Assembly: GCA_965222525.1 (NCBI GenBank)
Contig: OZ244955.1
Span: 1,345,893 to 1,409,892, forward strand
Origin: Rickettsiales bacterium
GTDB lineage: Bacteria; Pseudomonadota; Alphaproteobacteria; Rickettsiales; UBA8987
Reading direction: 5' to 3'
DNA: 64,000 nt
Part shown: in pieces, positions 28,311-36,962 of the stretch
Layout: every line of letters begins with the position of its first letter
How positions within the stretch are numbered: position 1 is the stretch's first letter
Notes under the pieces: model-generated
The model's input: only the letters and a program-made list of their open reading frames with translations
Database searches by the model: none
Told to the model about the DNA's origin: nothing
Made by a program: the position numbers and the translations under genes

Positions 28311-28331
28311 GAATTCCGGACTCCGAACTCT
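28311..28331. repeat. Right inverted repeat bounding the 27.5-28.3 kb cassette
   Basis: GAATTCCGGACTCCGAACTCT, inverted partner of 27465-27485. It ends 5 nt before the rppH stop codon. Confidence 0.7.
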
Positions 28332-28336
28332 AAAAA

Positions 28337-28795
28337 TCACAAAAAATCAGCAAATTCTTTCAGTAAATCCTGATATAACTTACGTTTGAACGGGACGATT
28401 AAATCGGGGATTTTATACGGGTCTACCCATTGCCATTCGGTAAATTCAGGCTCCCCGGTTGCTATGTTGATTTCCGCATCATCTCCCAGAAAGCGTGCCA
28501 GAAACCATTTCTGCTCCTGCCCGCAATATTTACCTCCCCACACTTTGCCCTGAATCTCAGGCGGTAAGTCATAGCGCAGCCAATCCTCGGTTTCCGCCAC
28601 AATCTCCACATTACTGGTACCGATTTCCTCCTCCAGCTCGCGCAAGGCCGCTTCCCGTGGCGACTCCCCCGCATCTATACCGCCCTGCGGCATCTGCCAT
28701 GCCTCGCTAATCTGGTCGATGCGCATCCCGACAAACACCTTGTCTTCATTATTAAGCAGCATCACCCCCGCACATGGCCTGTATTTTTTTTCCAT
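28337..28795 (-). CDS. rppH: RNA pyrophosphohydrolase (Nudix)
   Basis: Nudix box 'GGIDAGESPREAALRELEEEIG' and an RppH-like 'WQMPQGG' context; 152 aa. Confidence 0.88.
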   Translation of the reverse strand: MEKKYRPCAGVMLLNNEDKVFVGMRIDQISEAWQMPQGGIDAGESPREAALRELEEEIGTSNVEIVAETEDWLRYDLPPEIQGKVWGGKYCGQEQKWFLARFLGDDAEINIATGEPEFTEWQWVDPYKIPDLIVPFKRKLYQDLLKEFADFL

Positions 28796-28925
28796 TATTG
28801 TTTTGTAGAGTTCAGTAATATGTCACCCATGACCATATATTTTGTCTAAATTTATACATCTGACATATGATACACTATAAGATGAAAAATGCAAAGTGGT
28901 GTACATAAAAATCAAGAGATAGATT

Positions 28926-29276
28926 ATGAGAAAAAAGCTTTTAAATGATTTGCTGGAAATGAATTCAGATTTAGGGGTTATTGATAGTGAACTGAAAAAA
29001 CTCACATGGGACAGCAATGAGGAATTGGCCATATTGGAGCGTGGCCATATGGAAAGGATACTGGACAGATATTTGCAAGGTGGTTTAGATTCAGAGATGT
29101 TGGAAGAGTGGGCAAATATTGTTGAGGGAAGGGACGATATAGGTTTTGAACCAGGATATGAGAGCATATTGCAGCAGGTGATATTTCAACTGGCCAATCC
29201 CCTGTTAAATGCACCAGTTACACCGGAAAGCGTGCGCAAGGTTTTCAGGAAATTGAAGGTAGATAGTGAAAGGTGA
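28926..29276 (+). CDS. Hypothetical small acidic protein
   Basis: 116-aa ORF, AT-rich, helical-looking, no signal peptide or TM segment. No family recognised. Confidence 0.5.
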   Translation: MRKKLLNDLLEMNSDLGVIDSELKKLTWDSNEELAILERGHMERILDRYLQGGLDSEMLEEWANIVEGRDDIGFEPGYESILQQVIFQLANPLLNAPVTPESVRKVFRKLKVDSER

Positions 29277-29295
29277 AGGACAAGTAGAACAACTA

Positions 29296-30681
29296 CTAAA
29301 AACCAAAAGGTTTGTATTTTACATCGTCATAATGCTCTTCGGGGTTGTAATAATCAACGTCAAGTTTCAGGTCGGCGGCGGAAAGTTCTCCCATGGCGGC
29401 AAGCAGGCTGTATACTGCAATAATTTCATTGCGCTTGGCGCTAACATGATTCACCTTGGCCTGGAATAGCTCCTGTTCGGCATCCAGCACATCCAGAACA
29501 GTGCGTGAACCGACCTCCTGTTCCTGCTTTACCCCCTCCAGCGCCAGCACCGCTGCTTTAACATTGGCAGAAGTTGCGCTGATATTTCCCCTGGAAGTCT
29601 CTACCTCACGCCATGCCTTTGTTGTCTGGTCAACAACCGCATTACGGGTATCCTGCATACGATAGCGGGTGTTTGAGGCTTCCTTTTTCGCCTGACGTAC
29701 ACGGGAATACTCCGCACCAGACTGATAAAGTGGTACAACCACATTAAGCCCGATGGTTTCATTATCCTCTTTACCGCCCTGCGCAGGGCTCAGGTGACGT
29801 GACTGCTTGGCCTCGCCGGAAATATTAACCGATGGCAGAATTCCAGCCACCTCACGCTTCACCGCATATTCCGCTGCGTCAAACTCATATTCCACACGCC
29901 GTAATGCAGGGCTTTTGTTTTGCGCAGCCTCCAGTGCCTTGTCGAAATTATCAGGCAATATCGGAAATAAAATAGGCATTCCAATTTCTGCAGCAGGCTT
30001 ATCAACAAAAATCCGCTTATATTCCGACTTTGCCGCTACCAGATTGCCTTCCGCCAGTATCCTGTCCGACTCGGCCTGTGCCAGTCGGGACTCAGCCTGC
30101 GCCACATCGGTACGGGTAGTTTCGCCAAGCTCAAAACGATCCTGGGTAGCCTCAAGCTGCTCCTCAAGCACAGCCTTGTTATTGATACTCAGATTCAAAA
30201 CCTCCTGCGCACGCACCACATCAACATAAGCCGTAATTGCCTGTAGCATAATCTGCTGCTCGACATCACGCAAACGCTCACGCCCGGCCCTGATAAGGTT
30301 TTTGGCCTGTTTTACCGCTGCAATACTGTCGCCGCCGCTAAATATATTCTGCTCGAATGCAATCCGGCTGGTATATGGATTAACCCGCCCCTCAAATACG
30401 TCATTGTCAATATTCTGGCGGCTTCTGTTATGACTTGCGGTTACGGAAGGCATCCAGCCCGAATATGCCTGCGGCATATTCTCATCGATGGATTTCAGCC
30501 GCTCACGTTCGGCCTTTATCTGCGGATTATTCTCATATGCCACCGCCAGTGCATCAAGTAGGGCCGTTGCCCTGTGTTCTGAGCCTGTTTCTGTGGCGAT
30601 TGCAGACGCCGCGAAAAGCATCAGCAGAGGCATTACTGATATTATAGCTGTGATACGGATTATATGATTGCTTTTTTTCAT
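29296..30681 (-). CDS. tolC: TolC-family outer membrane efflux protein
   Basis: Signal peptide 'MKKSNHIIRITAIISVMPLLMLFAASAIA' and two TolC repeats ('ALAVAYENNPQI', 'LEAAQNKSPAL'). I prefer the ATG at 30681 over the track's extended ORF. Confidence 0.85.
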   Translation of the reverse strand: MKKSNHIIRITAIISVMPLLMLFAASAIATETGSEHRATALLDALAVAYENNPQIKAERERLKSIDENMPQAYSGWMPSVTASHNRSRQNIDNDVFEGRVNPYTSRIAFEQNIFSGGDSIAAVKQAKNLIRAGRERLRDVEQQIMLQAITAYVDVVRAQEVLNLSINNKAVLEEQLEATQDRFELGETTRTDVAQAESRLAQAESDRILAEGNLVAAKSEYKRIFVDKPAAEIGMPILFPILPDNFDKALEAAQNKSPALRRVEYEFDAAEYAVKREVAGILPSVNISGEAKQSRHLSPAQGGKEDNETIGLNVVVPLYQSGAEYSRVRQAKKEASNTRYRMQDTRNAVVDQTTKAWREVETSRGNISATSANVKAAVLALEGVKQEQEVGSRTVLDVLDAEQELFQAKVNHVSAKRNEIIAVYSLLAAMGELSAADLKLDVDYYNPEEHYDDVKYKPFGF

Positions 30682-30948
30682 TGTATTTGGGCCAAATATC
30701 GGGCTTTGACCATAGCTGATACATTTCAGGACAAATAAGAGCAAGGAACAATACAAAAAGAAAATGCTTATATCCACCACTTTTTTTATAGCATTTTTGT
30801 TAATATTTTCGTAATCCAGTATCCCAAAAAGCACTTTTTTGTTGTGGAATTATCTGAAAACATTGCTACTACCATATCTTGTCTTTTATTTCAGGATAGT
30901 GTATAAGCCAAATATAACAAAAAATTCATATTTCTGGGCTTTGAATTA

Positions 30949-31275
30949 ATGACTGGTAGTTGTATAATGAACCGCACGCAGCAGGAGCAGTTTTATAACG
31001 AAATTGTAAAACTGTATGATTTCGCAGAAAAAATCATAGATGCGATAGAGGATGAAAGGGTAAAAAACCCTGAAGAGCAGGTTGATCTTGCCGAGCCGGT
31101 TATAAGGCAGATAGAGGAGTCAACCGTGGTGATGGCAGAAAACTACCTGGAGTTTGTAAAAAATGGTGGAAAATCAACTCCTGAGATAAAAAAGCAGATA
31201 GAGAGTGCAATAAGACGGGTTTATATGGCAATAGGTAAATTTAACGACCAGCTAAAGAAAATTAAAAAAGGATAG
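30949..31275 (+). CDS. Hypothetical small helical protein
   Basis: 108-aa ORF (or 102 aa from ATG 30967), rich in Glu/Lys/Ile. No family recognised. Confidence 0.5.
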   Translation: MTGSCIMNRTQQEQFYNEIVKLYDFAEKIIDAIEDERVKNPEEQVDLAEPVIRQIEESTVVMAENYLEFVKNGGKSTPEIKKQIESAIRRVYMAIGKFNDQLKKIKKG

Positions 31276-31278
31276 ATT

Positions 31279-31617
31279 ATGGCTTTAAAAATTGTGACTA
31301 CCTTCGGCAGTGATGCTAATATGTCCGAAGTTGTTGAGAATGTTAATGAAAAGCTGCCGCAAAGTGTTATTCAGAACTCCCTGGATGAACAAACCGAAAG
31401 GCTGGGAGTTGAATATGGCGGGGGAATAGCCTCTGCCGTGAAGAACACCGGAAATCATCTATCTGCCATGGCGCATGTGCTTTCTGCTGAAGAAGTGGTA
31501 AGTCAGGTACACACCTTCATTCCTAACAGGAATAACCACATGGTAAAAGGGGAACTACATATAAGTGATAAGGGTGTAAAACTTGTAGAATCCTCCGGAA
31601 GGGAAGTTACTCTCTGA
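31279..31617 (+). CDS. Hypothetical small protein
   Basis: 112-aa ORF starting 3 nt after the previous stop. AGGA lies about 9 nt upstream. No family recognised. Confidence 0.5.
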   Translation: MALKIVTTFGSDANMSEVVENVNEKLPQSVIQNSLDEQTERLGVEYGGGIASAVKNTGNHLSAMAHVLSAEEVVSQVHTFIPNRNNHMVKGELHISDKGVKLVESSGREVTL

Positions 31618-31620
31618 CTT

Positions 31621-31791
31621 CTATCTAAACAAGCTGGCAGCACTCACCTCTTGAAGGACTTGGCTGGTGTGTGACTTCTGCCCTTTATCATCAAGGCGCT
31701 TTTTCCACGGCAACATTCTCTCGGTGTCACGTTGCACTTTCACAGTAATAAATCGCTCGCTTATATTTTCCTTGTTGTTTTCCAGATACAT
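31621..31791 (-). CDS. Possible 56-aa ORF (below the track's 60-aa cut-off)
   Basis: Hand translation gives MYLENNKENISERFITVKVQRDTERMLPWKKRLDDKGQKSHTSQVLQEVSAASLFR*. GGAG lies about 12 nt upstream. It is the only open frame in a 345-bp gap. Confidence 0.3.
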   Translation of the reverse strand: MYLENNKENISERFITVKVQRDTERMLPWKKRLDDKGQKSHTSQVLQEVSAASLFR

Positions 31792-31962
31792 AATACTACA
31801 CTCCGACGCGGATTATAGCCTATTTCTTAACTTATCTCAAGAAAATTATTTTTTACAAATTTTAATTTTTTTATTCCAGTTTAATAATTCTGTAACATTT
31901 CTCCTTTATAATGTGCAAAACAATATATAAGGAGCCGTTTTGTAACCGAACAAAGATATTAT

Positions 31963-33267
31963 ATGGCAATAGAAAGGGAATATAGGGACTATCTGAAAGA
32001 GATGGCTGAAAGCAAGATGCCTGTGGTTGTGATTGTCGGGTTTGGCAATCTGGGCGAGCATATGCTTGAGGATATGCTGACAAAAAATGTACACACAGTA
32101 ATATTTGCAAGACATATAGACGAAAAGACAGGGAAGGAACAGCCAGGTGTCAAACCTTACCTGAAGGGCAAACAGAACGATATGGTGGATGATATTATCA
32201 GTACAAGTAACGAGAAGTCTGCCAGGAATATCGACACTTCAAAAAAGATCTCTATTAAGGCAAGGGCTGATATACCTAAGGATTTCCGCGTTGTTTTCCC
32301 TTACAGGCAGGATGAAAAAAGACCTGTGATGTCAATTGCAACAAGTAACAAGAATCATCTGGCACAGGCATTGAAAATTGCAAATGTAGTATATTTCACG
32401 ATAGGGCTGTCGGAAACAAGAACCAACACCCGTGGCAGGGATGAGTTACTGGTTGAGAATGCCAAGATAATAGCCGAATATGCTCCATTAATGAAATATG
32501 GGCATAACGCACTTCATATCGTTACCCCTAATCCTGATGGCGTTATCGCCAAGATATATCAGCAACTTTCCGGCCTGATGGAAGGACAGGTATTTACAGC
32601 CGGATCGGCTCTTGATTCATTGCGGTTAAGACGGGAGATAGCCAATCAGATCAAGGATGGGAGTGATTCCTCGGTAGGAGAGGCCAGGGTTGTACTGGAT
32701 GATGTAAAACCGGCATTTGTAGTAGGCAATCACGGGGCAGACCTTATTCCGTTATGGCAGCAAACCAAAGTCAAGAATGTACCGATAAGGAAGTATCTAA
32801 GGGAAAATCTTGATTTTACAGGAATCAAGAAAGAGGATCATAAAAAAGTAATAGATGAATGGCTGGATGATGTAAGAAAACGTCTGGTAAACAGTGCCAA
32901 GGATATAGTCGACAGCACACAGCAGGGCACTACGGCAGGTCCGGTAGCGGCTGCGGTTGAGCTAATGGTTAGGTCGGATAAGTCTTACTCCTCCGTGGGG
33001 GCGGTTGTTCCGGAAGGAGAGTTCGGGATAACGGGCAGACCGTTCCTTGGCAGGGTAATGTATGTTGCCAATGCCAAGTTCTATCCCGATGATAAAAAGA
33101 TGAATCTTACCAAAAAGCAGTTGAAGCAGTTTCAGGAAAGCGGCAAGAGGCAGATGGAGCTTTTCAACAAGCCGGAAATTCAGGAAATCATCCGTAAACA
33201 TAAGATAAAGCAGAAATATACCAATATGTCCGATGAGTTTGGCGGCCCTGAGATTATACTCCCATAA
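31963..33267 (+). CDS. Highly divergent LDH/MDH-family 2-hydroxyacid dehydrogenase-like protein with a large N-domain insertion and a basic C-terminal extension
   Basis: 'VVIVGFGNLGEHM' (Rossmann), 'TIGLSETRTNTRGRDELL', 'HIVTPNPDG', 'AGSALDSLRLRREIA' and 'VVGNHGADLIPLW' align by eye with the LDH/MDH motifs TAG..R....R.DLL, ITNP.D, G.LDS.R.R and G.HGD..VP. Confidence 0.65.
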   Translation: MAIEREYRDYLKEMAESKMPVVVIVGFGNLGEHMLEDMLTKNVHTVIFARHIDEKTGKEQPGVKPYLKGKQNDMVDDIISTSNEKSARNIDTSKKISIKARADIPKDFRVVFPYRQDEKRPVMSIATSNKNHLAQALKIANVVYFTIGLSETRTNTRGRDELLVENAKIIAEYAPLMKYGHNALHIVTPNPDGVIAKIYQQLSGLMEGQVFTAGSALDSLRLRREIANQIKDGSDSSVGEARVVLDDVKPAFVVGNHGADLIPLWQQTKVKNVPIRKYLRENLDFTGIKKEDHKKVIDEWLDDVRKRLVNSAKDIVDSTQQGTTAGPVAAAVELMVRSDKSYSSVGAVVPEGEFGITGRPFLGRVMYVANAKFYPDDKKMNLTKKQLKQFQESGKRQMELFNKPEIQEIIRKHKIKQKYTNMSDEFGGPEIILP

Positions 33268-33271
33268 CCCT

Positions 33272-34012
33272 CTACTTCTCCGTGAGGGAGCGGATTATGC
33301 CGCGGAGGGTACGGATTTCCTGTTCGGTAAGCTCCGCACGCGAGAAAATATTGCGGATGTTATCTGTCATTTTTTGCCGTTTTTCTATAACTTTGAAAAA
33401 CCCTTTGTTATCAAGCTCTTCTTCAAGATGGTTAAACAGGTGGACAAGCTCTTCTTTTGATGAAGGATGAGTAGTTCTGCCCGTACCGCCATCCTGCTCA
33501 CTCGCTTTGCTCACAGCAGAATGACAGGAAAAACGGGAAATTTCATAACAAACCACCCCAACCGCCTGCGCTAGGTTCAGTGATGGATATTCATCGCCCA
33601 CCGGAATAGTCAAAATCTTGTCAGCAAATACCACTTCCTCATTACTAAGCCCGCTTTTTTCCGCCCCGAACATTATACCGGACTTGACATCCTGTCCGCC
33701 TTTGTCTGCCAGTTCAGCAGGAAAATCAGGTAGGTTCACCACAGGCTTTACCATATCCCGTGGGCGGGCAGTGGTTGCATAAATATAATTTATATCAGCA
33801 ACCACTTCTTCCAGACTGTCAAATATAAGCGCATTATCCAGCACCCCCACCGCGCCAACTGCCATTTCCACAGCCTTCGGGTTAGGCCAGTCATCCCGCG
33901 GCGATACAATCCGCAGATTCCGCAGCCCGAAATTAAGCATAACCCGCGCCGCCGCACCGATATTCTCCCCCATCTGCGGCCTGACCAATATTATTTCGGG
34001 CAAGTCAGGCAT
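33272..34012 (-). CDS. SpoU/TrmH-family RNA 2'-O-methyltransferase (TrmJ-like)
   Basis: 'ILVRPQMGENIGAAARVMLNFG', 'LRIVSPRDDWPN', 'MFGAEKSGLSNEE' and 'PSLNLAQAVGVVCYE'. Confidence 0.82.
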   Translation of the reverse strand: MPDLPEIILVRPQMGENIGAAARVMLNFGLRNLRIVSPRDDWPNPKAVEMAVGAVGVLDNALIFDSLEEVVADINYIYATTARPRDMVKPVVNLPDFPAELADKGGQDVKSGIMFGAEKSGLSNEEVVFADKILTIPVGDEYPSLNLAQAVGVVCYEISRFSCHSAVSKASEQDGGTGRTTHPSSKEELVHLFNHLEEELDNKGFFKVIEKRQKMTDNIRNIFSRAELTEQEIRTLRGIIRSLTEK

Positions 34013-34062
34013 ATTTGCATTATATGGTGCAATTGAGGTGAGACTAATATATTTCTACGGAT

Positions 34063-35319
34063 TTAAAATTCATAACCTAGTCTGATGGAAGTCAGGGTAT
34101 CGGTGTGTTTGCGGCCTGGAGGGGCGTCGTCTATATGTTCAAACTCGAATGATAGTTTAAGATACAGGGTATCGGTCATATCGGCTTTCAGGGCAGTGAT
34201 AGAGCGGGTAATCACTGCGTCACCGCCAAATTCGCTGGAGGCTTCCTCGGTGAATGTGAGTCTGTCATTAATATCCCACTCTACATCGGCCCCTACCTTG
34301 CCGAGCAGGGTTTCCTCATCGGAACCGTCGGTAAGCTTGCTTTGACGCGAACCAACTGCAACCTCACCAGTAACTTTTAGATGGTCTTCCTTGATGAAAT
34401 GGTGGCCATAACCGATTAGCTCGGAAATACGATACTGGTAACCGCTAAAGCGATCGTTCACATAATCAAGCTCGCCGAAACCATAATCATAATCGGTAAA
34501 ATTATAGCGCAACTGGTCATTTACCCTGTATTCCTCCTCGGTACGGGTGTCATTCTCCTTACTGCCCCTGGCGCTTCCTTTAAGGATATTCTGCCACTTT
34601 TCATACTCATATTCCAGCCTAGCGGATATGCTGCCATCTTCACGGTCAGTGTTACCTGTGGCAAAGTCAAGCCCGCCTTCAACATTACCGCTCCATGGGG
34701 ATTCGTCACCGGCAGTGCTGCCGGCGGCAGGTGCCAGATTTGATAATTTCTCCGCACCTGACTCGACCACACCGACAATTGCACTACCTACATTTTTTAG
34801 TGCAGCAGTTGCTTTTTCGGCATAGGTCTGCGGCTCCTGTGGCTGTGCAGTGGTAGCAGCGCTTGTGGATGGAGGGAATGTACCTCCCTCCGTATTATTT
34901 ATCGTAACTGTGCCAGTATCGCCGGAGCTATAAGTTCCTGCCGGCACAGTTACCCTGTATATTTCATCCTCGTAAACCGCCTCAAACTCTTCTGTGGCTT
35001 GTGTTCCGGCGGATGGTGACAGGGTGGAAACTGCTTCCGTATTCTGTGATGTTGCACTGGAAAAATTATTAGAACCACCCGATTCTGCCACTTGCAGTGA
35101 GTCCAGATATGAGTCAACACGGGCTGCAAATGCAGGGTTGTCATCGATTATAGCCTGACGCACGACGCCTATCACAAAAGGATCCCTGGTTTGATAGGCT
35201 CTCTGTAATGATTGTTCTACCTCATCCGGCAGGGAAAAAGCACCGCCGGCAGATGCGATAGCAGGAGAGATGGCCAGAACACTCGCTGCAACCAACGTAT
35301 ATTTTTTGATTAACTTCAT
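34063..35319 (-). CDS. Outer-membrane beta-barrel protein of the DUF481 (YdiY-like) type with a long low-complexity N-terminal extension
   Basis: Signal peptide 'LVAASVLAISPAIASA'. The C-terminal half, 'GNVEGGLDFATGNTDRED..EEEYRVNDQLRYNFTDYDYGFGELDYVNDRFSGY', ends in 'LGYEF'. Confidence 0.7.
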   Translation of the reverse strand: MKLIKKYTLVAASVLAISPAIASAGGAFSLPDEVEQSLQRAYQTRDPFVIGVVRQAIIDDNPAFAARVDSYLDSLQVAESGGSNNFSSATSQNTEAVSTLSPSAGTQATEEFEAVYEDEIYRVTVPAGTYSSGDTGTVTINNTEGGTFPPSTSAATTAQPQEPQTYAEKATAALKNVGSAIVGVVESGAEKLSNLAPAAGSTAGDESPWSGNVEGGLDFATGNTDREDGSISARLEYEYEKWQNILKGSARGSKENDTRTEEEYRVNDQLRYNFTDYDYGFGELDYVNDRFSGYQYRISELIGYGHHFIKEDHLKVTGEVAVGSRQSKLTDGSDEETLLGKVGADVEWDINDRLTFTEEASSEFGGDAVITRSITALKADMTDTLYLKLSFEFEHIDDAPPGRKHTDTLTSIRLGYEF

Positions 35320-35500
35320 TTTTAGTAATTCCTTTCAGTTTAATGTTAATTTAACAACCTGCGCTCATAACCAGAATGTTAATTCATAACCGTACACATA
35401 TTCATGTCAATAGAAAAAAGTTGCAAAATACGACAAAACCGTTTATTGGTGTTACTCGCCTAACGGTAAAAAATCTTTTAATTACAAGGAGAAGACTATT

Positions 35501-36343
35501 ATGGATAAATTGCTTACTGATGAAAACAGGGAAAAATATATGGATATGGGGGTTGAGTTCGGGCTTCAGGTTCTTGGTGCGCTGGCGATTTTCATTATCG
35601 GTAAAATGGTGGCGAAGTTTGTCACCAGGATGGTAAAGAAACTGCTGGAAAAAGCCGATCTGGACAAAACTCTGGTATCCTTTATCGGCAATATCGTTTA
35701 TGCGCTGGCGTTGACTTTTGTTATTATTGCCTCTCTGGGGCAGTTGGGGGTCGAGACGGCTTCACTGGCGGCAATTCTTGCCGCGGCAGGATTGGCTGTA
35801 GGCCTGGCATTACAGGGATCGCTTGCTAATTTCGCAGCGGGTGTGATGGTTATCGCATTCAGGCCGTTCAAGATTGGTGATTTCGTTGAGGCTGCGGGAG
35901 TTAGCGGTTCAGTGAAGGATATCAGTATTTTTACAACAACTATGACAACTCCTGATAATAAAACGATAATCATACCGAATTCAAACGTGACTTCTGGAAA
36001 TATTATCAACTACTCCACACAGGATAAGCGCCGTGTGGATATGGTTTTCGGGATTGGATACGGTGATGATATCAAGCTGGCAAAGGAAACTCTGGTTGAG
36101 ATTCTGGAGTCTGATGAGCGTATCCTCAAAGACCCTGCGTTTAAGGTTGCTGTGTCCGAGTTGGCTGACAGCAGTGTTAATTTTGTGGTGCGCCCATGGG
36201 TGAAAACCGCTGATTTCTGGGATGTAAAGTTCGACATAACCGAGACGGTAAAAAATACTTTCGACAAGAAAGGTATTTCCATCCCGTTCCCGCAGCAGGA
36301 TGTGCATATGCATAATGTTACGGAAATGAAGAAGGCAGCCTAG
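35501..36343 (+). CDS. mscS: Small-conductance mechanosensitive channel (MscS family)
   Basis: Three N-terminal TM segments, 'GSLANFAAGVMVIAFRPFKIGDFVE' and 'IIIPNSNVTSGNIINYS'. Confidence 0.88.
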   Translation: MDKLLTDENREKYMDMGVEFGLQVLGALAIFIIGKMVAKFVTRMVKKLLEKADLDKTLVSFIGNIVYALALTFVIIASLGQLGVETASLAAILAAAGLAVGLALQGSLANFAAGVMVIAFRPFKIGDFVEAAGVSGSVKDISIFTTTMTTPDNKTIIIPNSNVTSGNIINYSTQDKRRVDMVFGIGYGDDIKLAKETLVEILESDERILKDPAFKVAVSELADSSVNFVVRPWVKTADFWDVKFDITETVKNTFDKKGISIPFPQQDVHMHNVTEMKKAA

Positions 36344-36356
36344 TATGGTAATACCC

Positions 36357-36538
36357 CCCCCTCCCGCAAGCGGGAGGGGTAAGAAATCCGAGCAAATTTA
36401 TTTGCCAGATTTCTGGGGAGGGAATGGTGAGGTAGTGGCTATTGGCCTTTGGCTGTTAGCTATTGGTATTCCCCCACCAGAAATCCTAAGGATTAAAAAT
36501 CCTTGGATTTCTTGCCTCCCCCGCAAGCAGGGGAGGGG
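36357..36538. repeat. Family A element, copy 2 (full, inverted orientation)
   Basis: Reverse complement of the copy-1 architecture. The H3 stem reads GCAAAT/ATTTGC here where the other copies read GCAATC/GATTGC. Confidence 0.9.
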
Positions 36539-36665
36539 ATGCTTTAAATTTACGCCCCTTACAGGTTGAGAGAATGCCTCGATATAATCTACTTGCATTA
36601 TAAAAACCAATCTGCTAGGTAGGGAACAATTATTATTTTCCTGTGTTAGATGTGGTTAGGTTATT

Positions 36666-36962
36666 TTGTTAAATAATAACCTTAGACCAGCCGAGAATTT
36701 CCTGGAGTGTGGAAAGGTGAGGGGATTTCTTACATTTCTGGCATGTATAGTTTGTTGCTCTGCATGTTCAGACCCGGATATGAATTATGGTACCTTCATT
36801 GAAGGGGATATTGATCCGGAAACCGGCAGGTTGTACCCGTATGTCGAGCCTGTGGAGAACATGGAGGAGGATGCCGAACTGGTCGATTTAAATCCGTCCA
36901 GCGGTATCGAGGATCTCAACGAATTCAACGATTATTATTATAAATACGTTATCCTGGAGTAA
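36666..36962 (+). CDS. Hypothetical small acidic (lipo)protein
   Basis: 98-aa ORF with a TTG start. It has a hydrophobic, Cys-rich 'FLACIVCCSACS' and then an acidic tail. The start is uncertain, and the 3' end overlaps lpxI convergently by 14 nt. Confidence 0.4.
   Translation: MLNNNLRPAENFLECGKVRGFLTFLACIVCCSACSDPDMNYGTFIEGDIDPETGRLYPYVEPVENMEEDAELVDLNPSSGIEDLNEFNDYYYKYVILE

Noticed and set aside
36345-36569. ORFs of 50-120 codons lying on family A repeats (36345-36569 +, 36398-36610 -, 2620-2835 -, 47516-47881 +, 49331-49519 +), considered as protein-coding genes
   Set aside because: They exist only because the repeat is present. Both strands are open, starts are mostly TTG or inherited from flanking sequence, there is no convincing RBS, and copy 4 carries a frame-breaking 13-nt deletion. 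I have not listed them as CDS. The residual hint of coding constraint is recorded under the family A finding.
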